A stretch of DNA of 64,000 nt from Chloroflexota bacterium (GCA_036845725.1 DAIUDK010000001.1:22522-86521); one strand, 5' to 3'; positions 36,909-50,066 are shown, counted from the stretch's first letter. Program-made: numbers and translations. Notes: a model not told the origin generated them from the sequence alone.

Positions 36909-37742
36909 TCAATCTCCCGCCGCGAATTCCGAAACTCTGTCTAACCACTCTTTCACCAGCGCGCCAAAGAGAACGTCTTGCTCGATCTGCAAATTGTGAC
37001 CGGCTCTGTCCAATACCACAAACGATGCTCTGGGGAAGTTCTCGATCAACTGCCATTGATCTCTATAGCCGACCGCAGAATCCTGCCTGCCCATCACCAT
37101 CAGGGTCGGCTGTTGATAGGGGTGCTCGATCAAATCGACGTCGTGCGCAAAAGAGACGTGCTGGCTCAGGCTGTGCTCCAGGAATGTGTAATCCGCGACC
37201 TTCAGTCCCGGCATAATGTCTTCCTTGAATCTCTCCCAAACCCTCCGGTCCTGAATGACGTTTATCCCTTCGAAATACTGTCTGTCTTCTGCGGATAAGC
37301 TGTCAAGAAGCGCTTCATCCTTCACAAAGACCTGGAAAGCGGTCGCATTGCGTTCTCGCGTTTCCTGAACGGCCACGGGGCAGATGAGCAGCAGCCCATC
37401 GGCGAACGCCGTTCGCTCTTTGATCACGCCTCTTGCCAGATAGCCGCCATAAGATTCTCCGGCGACGACAAAGTGCTGATTGGGGATGATGCCATCGATA
37501 AACTCCAGGACCACCTCAAGCATTTGATCCGAGCCGGTAATCCACGGAGCGCCTTTGGTCCGGCCCATACCCGGCAGATCGAAATAGATGCGCTGCCAGG
37601 GTTGGTCGATTTCCGCAAAGATCGGTTCCATACACCCCTTCATCAGCCTGTGATCCGGGCTCCACCCATGAATCATCAACACGGGCGTACCCGAACCGTG
37701 TATTTCATAGTAGATGTCGATGTCCCTAACTGTGTATTCCAT
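36909..37742 (-). CDS. Alpha/beta-fold hydrolase
   Basis: HGWSPDH oxyanion region; nucleophile elbow GESYGG (G-x-S-x-G); C-terminal ...DRAGHNL His. Confidence 0.75.
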   Translation of the reverse strand: MEYTVRDIDIYYEIHGSGTPVLMIHGWSPDHRLMKGCMEPIFAEIDQPWQRIYFDLPGMGRTKGAPWITGSDQMLEVVLEFIDGIIPNQHFVVAGESYGGYLARGVIKERTAFADGLLLICPVAVQETRERNATAFQVFVKDEALLDSLSAEDRQYFEGINVIQDRRVWERFKEDIMPGLKVADYTFLEHSLSQHVSFAHDVDLIEHPYQQPTLMVMGRQDSAVGYRDQWQLIENFPRASFVVLDRAGHNLQIEQDVLFGALVKEWLDRVSEFAAGD

Positions 37743-38142
37743 AGGTATTCAGTCCCTCACTCTCCAACTTCAAGAAATCCTGGATTTTCATCAGTCGCAA
37801 ACCGGAGCGAAACAGCGCCGGAAAGGCCGTCAAACCGATCTCCTTGTCGATGAATTCAGGATGAACAAGCTGGAAATCCTTGTTCTTCCACCTCAACAAG
37901 CAGCCACCTTTGGCCGCGACGTTTTTGTACCAGTCCACGTTTTTCCCGTACGTCAATGCAATCACAAAGCCGTTCTGGAACGGTTCGGCGACAACCGGTA
38001 TCCGGTACAGTGTGCCGCTCTTGCGACCGGTATGCCCCAAGACTGCGAAATGGCCGAAGCGCTTCCCGGCGATGTGAATCATCAGCTTGTTCGTCACACG
38101 CTTGTTGATGATTCTGATTCGATCCAGCAGGGCTTGTTTCAT
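37726..38142 (-). CDS. DUF385 / deazaflavin-dependent nitroreductase-family oxidoreductase (PNPOx-like split barrel)
   Basis: ...GKRFGHFAVLGHTGRKSGTLYRIPVVAEPFQNGFVIALTYGKNVDWYKNV matches the DUF385 core. A 17-nt overlap with the downstream hydrolase gene, in another frame. Confidence 0.6.
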   Translation of the reverse strand: MKQALLDRIRIINKRVTNKLMIHIAGKRFGHFAVLGHTGRKSGTLYRIPVVAEPFQNGFVIALTYGKNVDWYKNVAAKGGCLLRWKNKDFQLVHPEFIDKEIGLTAFPALFRSGLRLMKIQDFLKLESEGLNTYGIHS

Positions 38143-38246
38143 TGGCGTTTCTTATCCTCAGAGACTAGAAGCGGGAATGCAATGAGTGCCGAAGACGTAA
38201 GTCGGGTAAAACATTTTTTGGGTAGCATAGCAACTCAATATCCATT

Positions 38247-39350
38247 TCATTGCCCTGACAATCGATAAAGCGCCACCGTACCGCCTTCCATTTTGACAGC
38301 AAGAACCTCATCCGATAAGAAAGCTACTGCATCTGCCTCGATCTCCCAGATTCGCAGTAATTCCCCATCTTCCACACGCCACAATCGCATCTCAGCTCCC
38401 GACGCGGAGGCAAGGCGTTGTCCATTGCGCGAGAGAGCTATGCTGGTTATCGTATTCGGATGCCCCTCCAGCCTGTGCAAGAGAGTCCCATCCGCGACTC
38501 GCCATAGATACATCCCATTGATCCCTGCCGCCACTAGAATTGTCCCGTCTCTGGAGTAAGCGAGGGGGCCATTCCCCCCAGGTAATACGCGTATAGGCGT
38601 TCTATCAGTAAGTAACCATAGGATCACCCCATCGTTATTCCCTAGTGCTAGCGTCGTTCCGTCCGGCGAGAAGGCCATATCGCTCCGATGTCCTTCAGCC
38701 TCAGTATGGAGGGTCTGGAGCAGAGTATGATCTGAGACTTGCCACAGTTGAACCTGTGTGCCATTATGTGAGGCTAACAAAGCCCCATCGGAGGAGAAGG
38801 CAATGTCAGCTGCTTCCACAGGTGCAAGCATCTCGGATGACCATCCCTGTTGCGGAGGTATTTCCCACAGAATAATGCCGTTCCAGGTGGCCAGAGCTAC
38901 CATCCTGCCGTCAGGTGACAGCGCCATGCTGTGAACATAGTCGGTAGTCCATTCCAGTAACGGAGTGAAACTTCCGCCAGATGTCTTCCACAACTCCACA
39001 CTCGTCCTGAGTTGACTACCGCCTTTCTTCCCATTCGAGCCATACAATAAGCTGCTTGAGGCCATAGCTGTGCCGTTTTCAGAAAGGACAAAGTCGACAC
39101 TGTATCCGCGTCCATCAAGCACTTCGTGCATTTCCAGCACCTGAAAGCACCCACTACGCCTGAGTGCAATGTCAAGCCAACCGCAGGGTTCTAGCGCTGG
39201 CTGGAGCAGGTAATCGTAAAGCAGCATGCATACCAGTAACACTAATGCTGCCATCCGCCAAGGTAGGATTTTTCTTCCCAACGCGACCTTAAGTCCACTG
39301 GATGATTCTGGCGAGATCCTATCTGATTGATTGTAGTCGGACATAGCCAC
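38247..39350 (-). CDS. WD40 / beta-propeller repeat protein, N-terminally membrane-anchored
   Basis: Seven or more repeats of the ...S.DG..LA....DG.I.LW type. TM helix near the N-terminus. GTG start with GAGGAG upstream. Confidence 0.7.
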   Translation of the reverse strand: MAMSDYNQSDRISPESSSGLKVALGRKILPWRMAALVLLVCMLLYDYLLQPALEPCGWLDIALRRSGCFQVLEMHEVLDGRGYSVDFVLSENGTAMASSSLLYGSNGKKGGSQLRTSVELWKTSGGSFTPLLEWTTDYVHSMALSPDGRMVALATWNGIILWEIPPQQGWSSEMLAPVEAADIAFSSDGALLASHNGTQVQLWQVSDHTLLQTLHTEAEGHRSDMAFSPDGTTLALGNNDGVILWLLTDRTPIRVLPGGNGPLAYSRDGTILVAAGINGMYLWRVADGTLLHRLEGHPNTITSIALSRNGQRLASASGAEMRLWRVEDGELLRIWEIEADAVAFLSDEVLAVKMEGGTVALYRLSGQ

Positions 39351-39421
39351 CTTACTCTCCTCGACTCAGCGCAAACTTGCAATCATTCGATGCTACCCGG
39401 CATAGTTTGTAGACTAGGTGC

Positions 39422-39898
39422 CTACATCAACACCACCGCCAACACGATCGTCAACACGCCCATCACCACGTTGGCGACGCCGAATAACAGCACGGTATTG
39501 TGCATTCTTGGTTTCTCTACCTTCAGGGCAGCCTGCTCCGGGACGTCAGGGTTATACCGCACGGTGACGGCCTTGCCCGCCGGGAACGCCGCAACAATCT
39601 CCTTCGCTTTGCGCTCGTCAGTGAACGTCGCGCAGTCGTACGGCGCAAAATCGCGTTTCTCGGAGGTATAGCGTTGTTCCCCGATGGTGTAGGCGTATTC
39701 GACAACGGGGGTGAAGGTGATGCTGGTTTCCTGCGGCGTCCGGCGCTCGTGGCGGTAGACGAACGCCCGCTGAACCTGCCCGACAGCCTTCGGCCAGTTC
39801 GCCGTCCCCTGGAAACTGCGCTTAGTCACAATCGTGGAAATGATGTAGACCGCACCAAAAACGATCAAACACCCGCCAAAAACGATCAAGAATGGCAT
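39422..39898 (-). CDS. DUF3592 domain membrane protein
   Basis: N- and C-terminal TM helices flank a small beta domain (...WPKAVGQV...VVEYAYTIGEQRYTS...). SD AGGAGGTG. Confidence 0.6.
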   Translation of the reverse strand: MPFLIVFGGCLIVFGAVYIISTIVTKRSFQGTANWPKAVGQVQRAFVYRHERRTPQETSITFTPVVEYAYTIGEQRYTSEKRDFAPYDCATFTDERKAKEIVAAFPAGKAVTVRYNPDVPEQAALKVEKPRMHNTVLLFGVANVVMGVLTIVLAVVLM

Positions 39899-39977
39899 TG
39901 CACACCTCCTACGAATAAATCGTTGGAACGTTATCGTATATGCAAAATTATAGCGTCAGGCCAAGACAAGTCAAAAA

Positions 39978-41162
39978 TCAACGCTGACAGGCATAGCGAT
40001 ACGCAGCTTCGGCGACGGGCGCGAGTGCCTCCCAGGCGAAGCGCTCACGCGCATCGCGGGTGGCATATTCGCTAAGAGATTGGCGCAGTGAGGCATCACG
40101 CAACAGCGACGTCACGGCCTCGATGAACGCCGCATCATCTCCGGGGGGAACGAGCCAGCCCGATTCGCCATGGCGGATGCTCTCCGCCACCTGGCCCACC
40201 GCGTCGGCGACGACCGGAACGCCCGCCGCCAGCAAATCCAGCAGCTTGACCGGGCATTTGGTGCGGTTGAGCAGCGTGTCGTCGAAGGGATAGAGCGCCA
40301 CGTCGGCCTGGACGAAGTGCGCGGGCAGGTCTTCCGCCGGAACCAACCCCGCGTAGACCAAATCGGCGTCCAGTGCGGGCGATGCCCCCTCTGTCACCTG
40401 CCATCCCGCCGCGCGGGCCAATGCCAGCAGTGTCTCCTCCTCCGCGAAGAAGCCCTTCCCCACCACCCACAGCCGCGCGTCGGGAATGCGCGCCCACACA
40501 CCCTCGACGATGCGCCATAGCCGTTCTACGTTGTACTCGAAGAAGCGCGTGTAGAGCAAAAGTGTCGGACGTCGCCCACCCTTGGCGGCGCGTGAAACCG
40601 CCGGGCGCGGGATGCAGCCGTTCGGCAGATAGAAGACGCGCTCCGGCGGGCCGCCCATCGCCCAGACGAGCGTTTGCAGAGCGCGACTGGCGACGGTGAC
40701 CGCAGCCGCGCGCGTCAGTCCCCAGCGCTCCTGCCAGGCGAAGAAGCGCTTGAGCAATACCGGATAGGGGTTGAGGTCGTTCCAGCCGCCGTAGCCCTCC
40801 CAATCGTCGGTATCCACCACCACCGGGAAACGTCGTCGCAGCGCCAGATGCGCCAGTCCCGCGTAGGCTTTGGGCTTAAAAGTGTGGATCATGTCCGGTT
40901 TGAGTGCCACGGCGCGGCGGACCAACGCCGCCGCCAGCCGCCAGTGGAACCACCCCGGCACACCCGCCGGGAGTGCGACGTTTTCGATTTGCACGCCGCC
41001 TTCGTCCCAGGATTTTCCCGCATCCTCGGGATTCTGCCACGGGGGGAGCAGCAGCGTCACGGTATGCCCACGCGCGACGAGTGCCTGCGCCAGCGGCAAG
41101 GCTCGCACACTCATCGTGCCGCGCGGGCGCAGACCAAACGGGCCGATCATCACGATGCGCAC
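39978..41162 (-). CDS. Glycosyltransferase family 4
   Basis: N-terminal GT-B half (MRIVMIGPFGLRPRG..., HTFKPKAY). C-terminal E-x7-E region (...PFDDTLLNRTKCPVKLLDLLAAGVPVVADAVGQVAESIRHGESGWLV). Confidence 0.8.
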   Translation of the reverse strand: MRIVMIGPFGLRPRGTMSVRALPLAQALVARGHTVTLLLPPWQNPEDAGKSWDEGGVQIENVALPAGVPGWFHWRLAAALVRRAVALKPDMIHTFKPKAYAGLAHLALRRRFPVVVDTDDWEGYGGWNDLNPYPVLLKRFFAWQERWGLTRAAAVTVASRALQTLVWAMGGPPERVFYLPNGCIPRPAVSRAAKGGRRPTLLLYTRFFEYNVERLWRIVEGVWARIPDARLWVVGKGFFAEEETLLALARAAGWQVTEGASPALDADLVYAGLVPAEDLPAHFVQADVALYPFDDTLLNRTKCPVKLLDLLAAGVPVVADAVGQVAESIRHGESGWLVPPGDDAAFIEAVTSLLRDASLRQSLSEYATRDARERFAWEALAPVAEAAYRYACQR

Positions 41163-41707
41163 GGCGCCTCACGATAGCGGGTGATAAAATCGGGGTCGTG
41201 CACCAGCGCCCAAATCACGTCGGCGACTTCTTCGGGTGTTCGCGCTGTGGTATCCACCACGTATCCCAGGTCACCGTTGCGCGCCGCCGCTTCTTGGATA
41301 CGAACCAGTTCCACGGCGCGGTCGAGATGCCAAGCCACCTCATCGGGTGAGCGCGAAGAATCACGGAGGCGTTGTTCGATCACTTGCGCGTCGCACACCA
41401 GGCGGAAGGCGTAAATCTCATCATCCAGGTCGGCAAGTAGCGTCCGCAAGCGCGCCAGCGATTCCGGTGACTCGAAGACGTAGGGGATCACGAAGTTGTG
41501 ATAGTCGCCATGCTCGATGTGGAACGCGATAAGAACCCGCAACGTCTGATAAAGATGCTCGATACGCACCTCATCGTAGATCTCGAAGGGATGTACCCAT
41601 CCGATGTAATCGCCATCGAGGAAGACGGCGCGGTCGAATTTCGAGGTCACATGCTCGCCCGTCGTGCTCTTGCCGATGCCGCATGGGCCGTTGATAATCA
41701 CAATCAT
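41150..41707 (-). CDS. P-loop NTPase / small-molecule kinase-like protein (AAA_33 / chloramphenicol-phosphotransferase-like)
   Basis: Walker A INGPCGIGKST. SD AAGGAGG. Overlaps the GT4 gene start by 13 nt. Confidence 0.6.
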   Translation of the reverse strand: MIVIINGPCGIGKSTTGEHVTSKFDRAVFLDGDYIGWVHPFEIYDEVRIEHLYQTLRVLIAFHIEHGDYHNFVIPYVFESPESLARLRTLLADLDDEIYAFRLVCDAQVIEQRLRDSSRSPDEVAWHLDRAVELVRIQEAAARNGDLGYVVDTTARTPEEVADVIWALVHDPDFITRYREAPCAS

Positions 41708-41730
41708 GGTGCGAGAGCCTCCTTACAAAA

Positions 41731-41795
41731 AACCGCGAATCTCGCCAATCTACGAGAATCCCCTAAAAATTAGCGAAGATTCGCGTGATTTGCGG
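41731..41795. repeat. Related CGCGAATCT / AGATTCGCG inverted repeat overlapping the 3' end of rnhB
   Basis: cgcgaatct (41734-42) and agattcgcg (41778-86). It shares the gaagattcgcg core with the 34694 element. Confidence 0.3.
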
Positions 41796-42441
41796 TCTCA
41801 ATCTTCATATTTGTTGCCGCCACACACACCGCAACAGGACGAAAAGTCAACCGGTGCAGTGGGCAGACACCCAGGCGGACCAACGCCTCCCGATGCTGTT
41901 GCGTGCCGTAACCCTTGTGTTGCGCGAAGCCGTAGCCGGGGAAATCAATCTCCGCTACGTCCACCATCCAGCGATCCCGTGCCACTTTCGCGATGATGCT
42001 GGCTGCCGCCACCGACAGCGAACGCGCGTCGGCGTAGGGGAACGCGTCCTGCGGCAGATTCACACCGGGCAAGCGCAGCGCGTCAATCACCAGGGCTTCT
42101 GGTGAGACAGACAATGCCGCCAGCGCGCGCTGCATCGCTAATCGCGTCGCCGGGACGATGCCGAGCGCGTCGATTTCCTGCTGCTCGCCGCGCCCTACCC
42201 CTACGGCCAACGCCACGTCGAGGATGCGCGTTACCAATCGCTGACGGACCACGGATGACAACTGCTTGGAATCGCGCACACCGGCCAAAGCCGCACACAC
42301 GCCATCTCCACAAGGCAGAATCACCGCCGCGGCGACCACCGGCCCGGCCCACGCCCCGCGCCCGGCCTCATCCAGTCCGGCTACGCGTTGCATCCCGCGC
42401 GCCCAAAATCGCTCTTCCGCTTCCAGTGTAGGTAAATTCAT
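41770..42441 (-). CDS. rnhB: Ribonuclease HII
   Basis: ...[21 protein letters not shown]... with the DEAGRG catalytic motif; DSKQLS; ...HKGYG... C-terminal region. Confidence 0.85.
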   Translation of the reverse strand: MNLPTLEAEERFWARGMQRVAGLDEAGRGAWAGPVVAAAVILPCGDGVCAALAGVRDSKQLSSVVRQRLVTRILDVALAVGVGRGEQQEIDALGIVPATRLAMQRALAALSVSPEALVIDALRLPGVNLPQDAFPYADARSLSVAAASIIAKVARDRWMVDVAEIDFPGYGFAQHKGYGTQQHREALVRLGVCPLHRLTFRPVAVCVAATNMKIETANHANLR

Positions 42442-42465
42442 AAGTCAAAAGCCAAAAGTCCAACG
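42442..42465 (-). repeat. Tandem heptad array TTGGACT-TTTGGCT-TTTGACT abutting the rnhB start codon
   Basis: The minus strand reads ggcgTTGGACTTTTGGCTTTTGACTtATG. Confidence 0.45.
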
Positions 42466-42527
42466 CCGAACACCGATTCGCTGATTCGCTTATTCTGCCA
42501 CACTCTGCCCGATTGCCAAATGAATAT

Positions 42528-42556
42528 TTGCTTTTTCGCCCATGTCGTTTTATACT
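42528..42556 (+). promoter_or_regulatory. Candidate promoter for the TPR gene at 42621
   Basis: The -35 is TTGCTT, followed by a 17-nt spacer and -10 TATACT. Confidence 0.35.
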
Positions 42557-42620
42557 AGGTTTGTGTAGGAAATGGCGGGCACAAACCATGTGCCAGAGAT
42601 ATGGACGATGGAGGTAAGAT

Positions 42621-43946
42621 ATGGGGTTGCTCGACGATAAACGCAGTGCAAAGCAACAACCAGATGAGGAACTGTGGGAAGGTCTGTTCGGCGAAGAAGA
42701 ACTCGAAGCGCCATCTGAGCCAGCCGACGCTGCATCCGCTAAAAAAAAGGAACGGGGCAGCAAGCGCCAAAAACGCGAGAAAGCACCGCCAAAACGCAAG
42801 GCCCCTGTCACAAAGGCCCCAAAGCCGAAACGCACACGTGCCAAAGGCAAAGGGCTTACACCTGGACAACTGCTCATCCTGCTGCTGTTAGGGATAGGCA
42901 TTATTGTGGCCTACCTGCTACTTGCGTCGATGATTAAAGGGACGCTGTCGACAAATCCTCCCCCAAGTGGCGACGTCATTCCAACAGCCCTTCCCGGTAC
43001 GGAGGCCACCGCGCAGACATCGTCGAGACCAATCCCACCTACCCCCACCCCGCTCCCAACTCGCTCTCTGGCAGACATTGCTACGCTTACGCCAACGCCA
43101 CTTCCACTGGTGACAACGCGATTTGACCAAAACGTCATCCTCAACCCTGATGATATTGAACTACGCTTGCAGCGTGGCGCGGAATACTTAAGCCTGGGAG
43201 CCTACGAAGCAGCGCTGGCCGACTTCGAACACGCGCAAACCCTCGACGAGAAACACGCCGAAACCTATGTCGGTATTGGCCAGGCGCAGTACCATCTACT
43301 CAACTGGCCGGCGGCTGAGAGCGCTTTTCTCACCGCGATCTCTTTCAAAGAGAACCTGCCTGACCCCTATTTCGGCATCGGCATGATTTACTACCTGCAA
43401 GGGCGCTATCCCGAAGCAGCCAAGGAATTCGACCGGGCAGCAGAGAAAAACCCCGAATTTGCCGAGGCCGAAGCCTGGTTAGCCATCGCCACTTCTCTGG
43501 CCGGCGATTCGGGAGAGGCTATGGCCGCGGCGGATCGGGCTTTTGGCCTCGCGCAGGAAAGCGCCATCATTCACATCGCACGCTCCTGGGCCTATCGCGT
43601 ACAAAGTCCCCCCGACATTGACGCGGCCCAAGGCGATCTCCTTCAGGCACAAAAACTGGCCCCGTATAGCCTGGAATTGCTCATCGCCCTGGCACAGTTC
43701 TATACCGATTACCGACCTGAACGTATAGCTGAAGCGGAGCAGCTAGGGCACTACGCCATTCAATGGGCGAAAACCGATCTGGAACGCGCGCGCGCTTTGC
43801 ACATTCTGGGGCACGTCTACCTGGCGCAGGACCGCAAGGAAGAGGCTAAAAAGGTGCTGGCCGAAGCCGCCGCTCTGACGACTTACGAAGGCCAGGTGTT
43901 ATTGAGTGGCGTGGTTGAGGATTTGGATCGCGCGCTGGCGCCGTGA
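42621..43946 (+). CDS. TPR-repeat protein with a Lys-rich N-terminal region and one TM helix
   Basis: KR-rich N-terminus (KKKERGSKRQKREKAPPKRKAPV...), a TM helix (LLILLLLGIGIIVAYLLLA), a PT linker and then TPR repeats. SD GGAGGTAAG. Confidence 0.7.
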   Translation: MGLLDDKRSAKQQPDEELWEGLFGEEELEAPSEPADAASAKKKERGSKRQKREKAPPKRKAPVTKAPKPKRTRAKGKGLTPGQLLILLLLGIGIIVAYLLLASMIKGTLSTNPPPSGDVIPTALPGTEATAQTSSRPIPPTPTPLPTRSLADIATLTPTPLPLVTTRFDQNVILNPDDIELRLQRGAEYLSLGAYEAALADFEHAQTLDEKHAETYVGIGQAQYHLLNWPAAESAFLTAISFKENLPDPYFGIGMIYYLQGRYPEAAKEFDRAAEKNPEFAEAEAWLAIATSLAGDSGEAMAAADRAFGLAQESAIIHIARSWAYRVQSPPDIDAAQGDLLQAQKLAPYSLELLIALAQFYTDYRPERIAEAEQLGHYAIQWAKTDLERARALHILGHVYLAQDRKEEAKKVLAEAAALTTYEGQVLLSGVVEDLDRALAP

Positions 43947-43970
43947 GTGGAAGTTCTCTGGCTAAACACA

Positions 43971-44006
43971 TCGTCCCGAAGACAATTTCTTCGGGACGAT
44001 TGTTTT

Positions 44007-44007
<1 letters not shown>
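43971..44007. terminator. Bidirectional terminator between the TPR gene (+) and uvrA (-)
   Basis: Stem tcgtcccgaaga/tcttcgggacga of 12 bp, loop caatt. Followed by TTGTTTTT on the plus strand, and an A-rich run precedes it. Confidence 0.75.
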
Positions 44008-46928
<2,921 letters not shown>

Positions 46929-46991
46929 ACCTGCCCCCACTATGATGCTCACTGCAACCGGTTATTATAACACACTTTCCCGGCGCGAGTA

Positions 46992-47005
46992 GGAACAAGT
47001 GTTCT
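46992..47005. promoter_or_regulatory. Putative LexA/SOS box (Cheo-box-like GAAC-N4-GTTC palindrome) upstream of uvrA
   Basis: Sequence is aGGAACaagtGTTCta, a perfect GAAC-N4-GTTC. It lies 40-65 nt 5' of the uvrA start, just upstream of a TATAAT (minus strand, 46961-46966). Confidence 0.5.
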
Positions 47006-47117
47006 ACAAACGCAACGATAATTGACAATCTACGCGACAAGTGGTAACCTATGAGATGAGCTTTGCAACTCAACTTTTCACGTTCAACCTGTGACGATTC
47101 TCGAAGGAGCAACAGCG

Positions 47118-47501
47118 ATGCACTGGATCACCTCATTGGCTTGTCTTGGCGTTTTTACGCTAACTGCTGTAGGGCGTACGCTGGAAAGCGGCGTTTGGGA
47201 AGGCCACGTGACCTTTGGCCGGGGAGGCAGCAGCTTCAACCCATGCGGATCGAAAGAGACCTGGTGGGTGAAAAGCAAAGGATTCAGCAAAACCGCCGAG
47301 AAGCTCCAGGAGGACTATAACAGCATCGCGCAAAAACCCTACGAGCCGGTCTACGTCCGTGTAAGCGGCGACGTCAGCCGCAAAGGGCAGTACGGGCGAC
47401 TCGGCTCATACCAACGCGTGCTCTATATTGAAGAAGTGCTCGAAATCCGCCCCAAGAAAGATGATGATTGCAAGTCGGTAAAACGAATGAGCGAAATCTA
47501 A
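47118..47501 (+). CDS. Hypothetical small secreted protein / lipoprotein
   Basis: Signal peptide MHWITSLACLGVFTLTA. SD AAGGAG. No recognisable motif. Confidence 0.45.
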   Translation: MHWITSLACLGVFTLTAVGRTLESGVWEGHVTFGRGGSSFNPCGSKETWWVKSKGFSKTAEKLQEDYNSIAQKPYEPVYVRVSGDVSRKGQYGRLGSYQRVLYIEEVLEIRPKKDDDCKSVKRMSEI

Positions 47502-49942
47502 GGCAAAAACACAGTCCCTGCTGATTTCAGAACCAATGGCAGATACAGCCTGTACGACGTCACAGTCACAATCCACTGGATACTTCCCTCGCTGCAGGAA
47601 TTCGTGGCCGTCATGATGACGGTGTACGGGAGTGTTATGGTCGCTACCGGGAAGGTATACGTAACGACCTCGCCATAAACGAGCGGACTTCTATCCCCGA
47701 AATCCCACGCGAAATCAACCGGCGGCGTGCCCTCCGCCACCGTGCCGGTAAATGTAGCCGTCTGCCCAACAGCCAGATAGGACGGCGTGTAACTGAAAAA
47801 CGGCTCGACCACCGGAAAACACTCTGCGGCAATCGCGACAGTCGTCAAATCGCTGTAGGCCGAAACGCCTGTCCCAGATGCCGTCACCCGCACCGTATCC
47901 GTGAACCCCGTAAAAGCATTCCAGGGGACCGTGACCAGTGTTGTGACCGGTGTGCTCGCTTGCGGCGCTAATGTCACCTGCGTGGGAGTCAGCGTCGTCG
48001 CCAACGCCGCACCGGAGAACGCCAGACTATAGTCATCGGTGATATTGCCGATGTTGGTCAATGTGAGCGTGTACACCAGCGTTTTTCCCGCGTCGCCGTT
48101 AGCACTTATTTCCGGCGGCCAAAGCTCCAGGCCGTACACCGCATCCGCCGTCGTGCGGAGCGTGGCGCGCGCGCTGCGGGAGGGGTCGCCTGCCGACGTC
48201 GCCGTCACCGTGACCCTGTCCGATGCCCCGGACAATGCATCTGTGGGGATGGTGACCGTCACAGGCAGTGGCGCGGTCGCCCCGGCAGACAACGGCCCGA
48301 TTCGGGTCGGTGCGGTCGTCTGCCAGCCGGCACTGGTCAATGTGACGGTGAAGTTGTCCGCCGTCGTCCCGGTATTCGTGACGCGAAAGGCAACACTCAC
48401 CGCCTGGCCCGGCGCGCCGTGCTGTTCAACCGTCGCCGGCGCAATGGCGACGCCGTATTCGACCGAGGCGAGCGCCGCATCCACTGCCGATTTGATGTCC
48501 AGCCGCCCGTAACCGTAGACGTTGTTGGGCCAGCCGCTGCTGCTACACGCGGTCGAGTTGATGTGGAACGCATTGTCATTCAGCAGTTGCTCCGTTGCAT
48601 CGATCTGGTTCTTAAGCACCGGAACCGCCGACCACAACAGCGCCACGGCCCCGGCGACGTGCGGCGCGGCCATCGAGGTGCCATTCTTGGCGCCGTAGCC
48701 GCCGTTGGGAATACACGAGCGGACACTCGTCCCTGGCGCGGCAAGGTCGGGCTTGCGGCGGTTGCTGCCGTCCACCATCACCGGGCCGCGACTGCTCGAT
48801 GACCAGATCGTATCTGTGCCGGTGCTCAACGCCCCCACCGTGTACGCGGCGGCGTAAATCGCGGGAGGATCGTTCACCGTCGAACAATTCGAACCGGCGT
48901 TCCCTGCCGAGACGACGGTCATAATGCCCGCCGCGCGCTGCGCTTCCATCGCGTCTTGCAGCGTGCTCCACGAGCAGCCTTCGCCGCTAGGGCACGTCCA
49001 CGAGTTGTTGGTCACGTCGGGCGCTTTGCTCGGATCGCCCTGGGCAGACGTCCCACCCACCGGATACGGCGCGAGGAAGAACTCGAAACATTCCAGATAT
49101 GTGGCCGGTGTCCCGTACCCCACGTTCATATTGCGACAGCCGATCCACTGCGCGCCGGGCGCCATCCCGATCTGGTTCATCCCACCGTCATCGCCGACAG
49201 CCGTGCCCATCGTGTGCGTGCCGTGGCCGTAGTCGTCGCATGGCACAAACGAGTCTGCGCCGCACGAGCCGCCGCCGCTGTGAATGGCATCGTGCCAGTT
49301 GTAATCGTGGTTGGCCGTTGTCCCGTTCCAGCCGCGATAGTGTGGCTTCAGTGCCGGATGCGTCCAGTCGTAGCCCGTATCCTGCCCACCAACGACCACG
49401 CCCTGCCCGGTAAAGTCCATCGCCCAGACTTCCGGTGCGCGCACGTAGGTGATGTTCAGTTCGATAGCGGTAGGGGCGGCGGCGAGCAGCGCGTCGAGCG
49501 GGCGCGCGGGCTGCGGCAGCACGTTCTGGATGCGCGGGTTGCCCTCGATGCGCGCCACGTCGGGCCGTGCAGCCAACGCTCGCACCAGGTCGGCATCTCC
49601 TTTCACCCAGATCAGGTTGACGATGTAGTAGGCGCGATGTTCCACGCCGCGCGCGGCAAGCCACTTGAGCAGCGGCCTTTGCGAGGTCTGTGCGGTGCGC
49701 CACAGCGTCTCGTAGACGTAACGGCCCTTTTCCGCTTTCATTTGCAGTCGTGCCGCGCCGCTGAGATCCGCCTGCGCCGCCAGCACGACGAGGAACTCGG
49801 CCTCTGCGCCGCCGGCGGTGTGCGCGAGAACCCACGGGGCGATTTTATCGAGAGCCGGAGCAGCGCGCAGTGCGGTGGAAGGCGCACCGAACAGGCCGAG
49901 CAACAGCACAACAAACAAAACGACGCGGTAGAGTCGATTCAT
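47498..49942 (-). CDS. S8-family subtilisin-like serine peptidase with C-terminal Ig-like/PKD domains and a conserved YLPLV C-terminal tail
   Basis: Catalytic triad context GGQDTGYDWTHPAL (Asp), HGTHTMGTAVGDDG (His) and GTSMAAPHVAGAVALLWSA (Ser). Signal peptide from MNRLYRVVLFVV. PKD signature WDFGD. Ends ...SYRLYLPLVLKSAGTVFLP. Confidence 0.85.
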   Translation of the reverse strand: MNRLYRVVLFVVLLLGLFGAPSTALRAAPALDKIAPWVLAHTAGGAEAEFLVVLAAQADLSGAARLQMKAEKGRYVYETLWRTAQTSQRPLLKWLAARGVEHRAYYIVNLIWVKGDADLVRALAARPDVARIEGNPRIQNVLPQPARPLDALLAAAPTAIELNITYVRAPEVWAMDFTGQGVVVGGQDTGYDWTHPALKPHYRGWNGTTANHDYNWHDAIHSGGGSCGADSFVPCDDYGHGTHTMGTAVGDDGGMNQIGMAPGAQWIGCRNMNVGYGTPATYLECFEFFLAPYPVGGTSAQGDPSKAPDVTNNSWTCPSGEGCSWSTLQDAMEAQRAAGIMTVVSAGNAGSNCSTVNDPPAIYAAAYTVGALSTGTDTIWSSSSRGPVMVDGSNRRKPDLAAPGTSVRSCIPNGGYGAKNGTSMAAPHVAGAVALLWSAVPVLKNQIDATEQLLNDNAFHINSTACSSSGWPNNVYGYGRLDIKSAVDAALASVEYGVAIAPATVEQHGAPGQAVSVAFRVTNTGTTADNFTVTLTSAGWQTTAPTRIGPLSAGATAPLPVTVTIPTDALSGASDRVTVTATSAGDPSRSARATLRTTADAVYGLELWPPEISANGDAGKTLVYTLTLTNIGNITDDYSLAFSGAALATTLTPTQVTLAPQASTPVTTLVTVPWNAFTGFTDTVRVTASGTGVSAYSDLTTVAIAAECFPVVEPFFSYTPSYLAVGQTATFTGTVAEGTPPVDFAWDFGDRSPLVYGEVVTYTFPVATITLPYTVIMTATNSCSEGSIQWIVTVTSYRLYLPLVLKSAGTVFLP

Positions 49943-50066
49943 AGTTTCACCCTCAAAAAGTTTCATGTCAACGCTCAAGGCAGGTCACAATCCACGGTCT
50001 CCGCAGCCCCCCCCTTTAATCCCCCCCTCTAAGGGGAAACTAAAGGGGGGAATCAGTCCTTGCACA

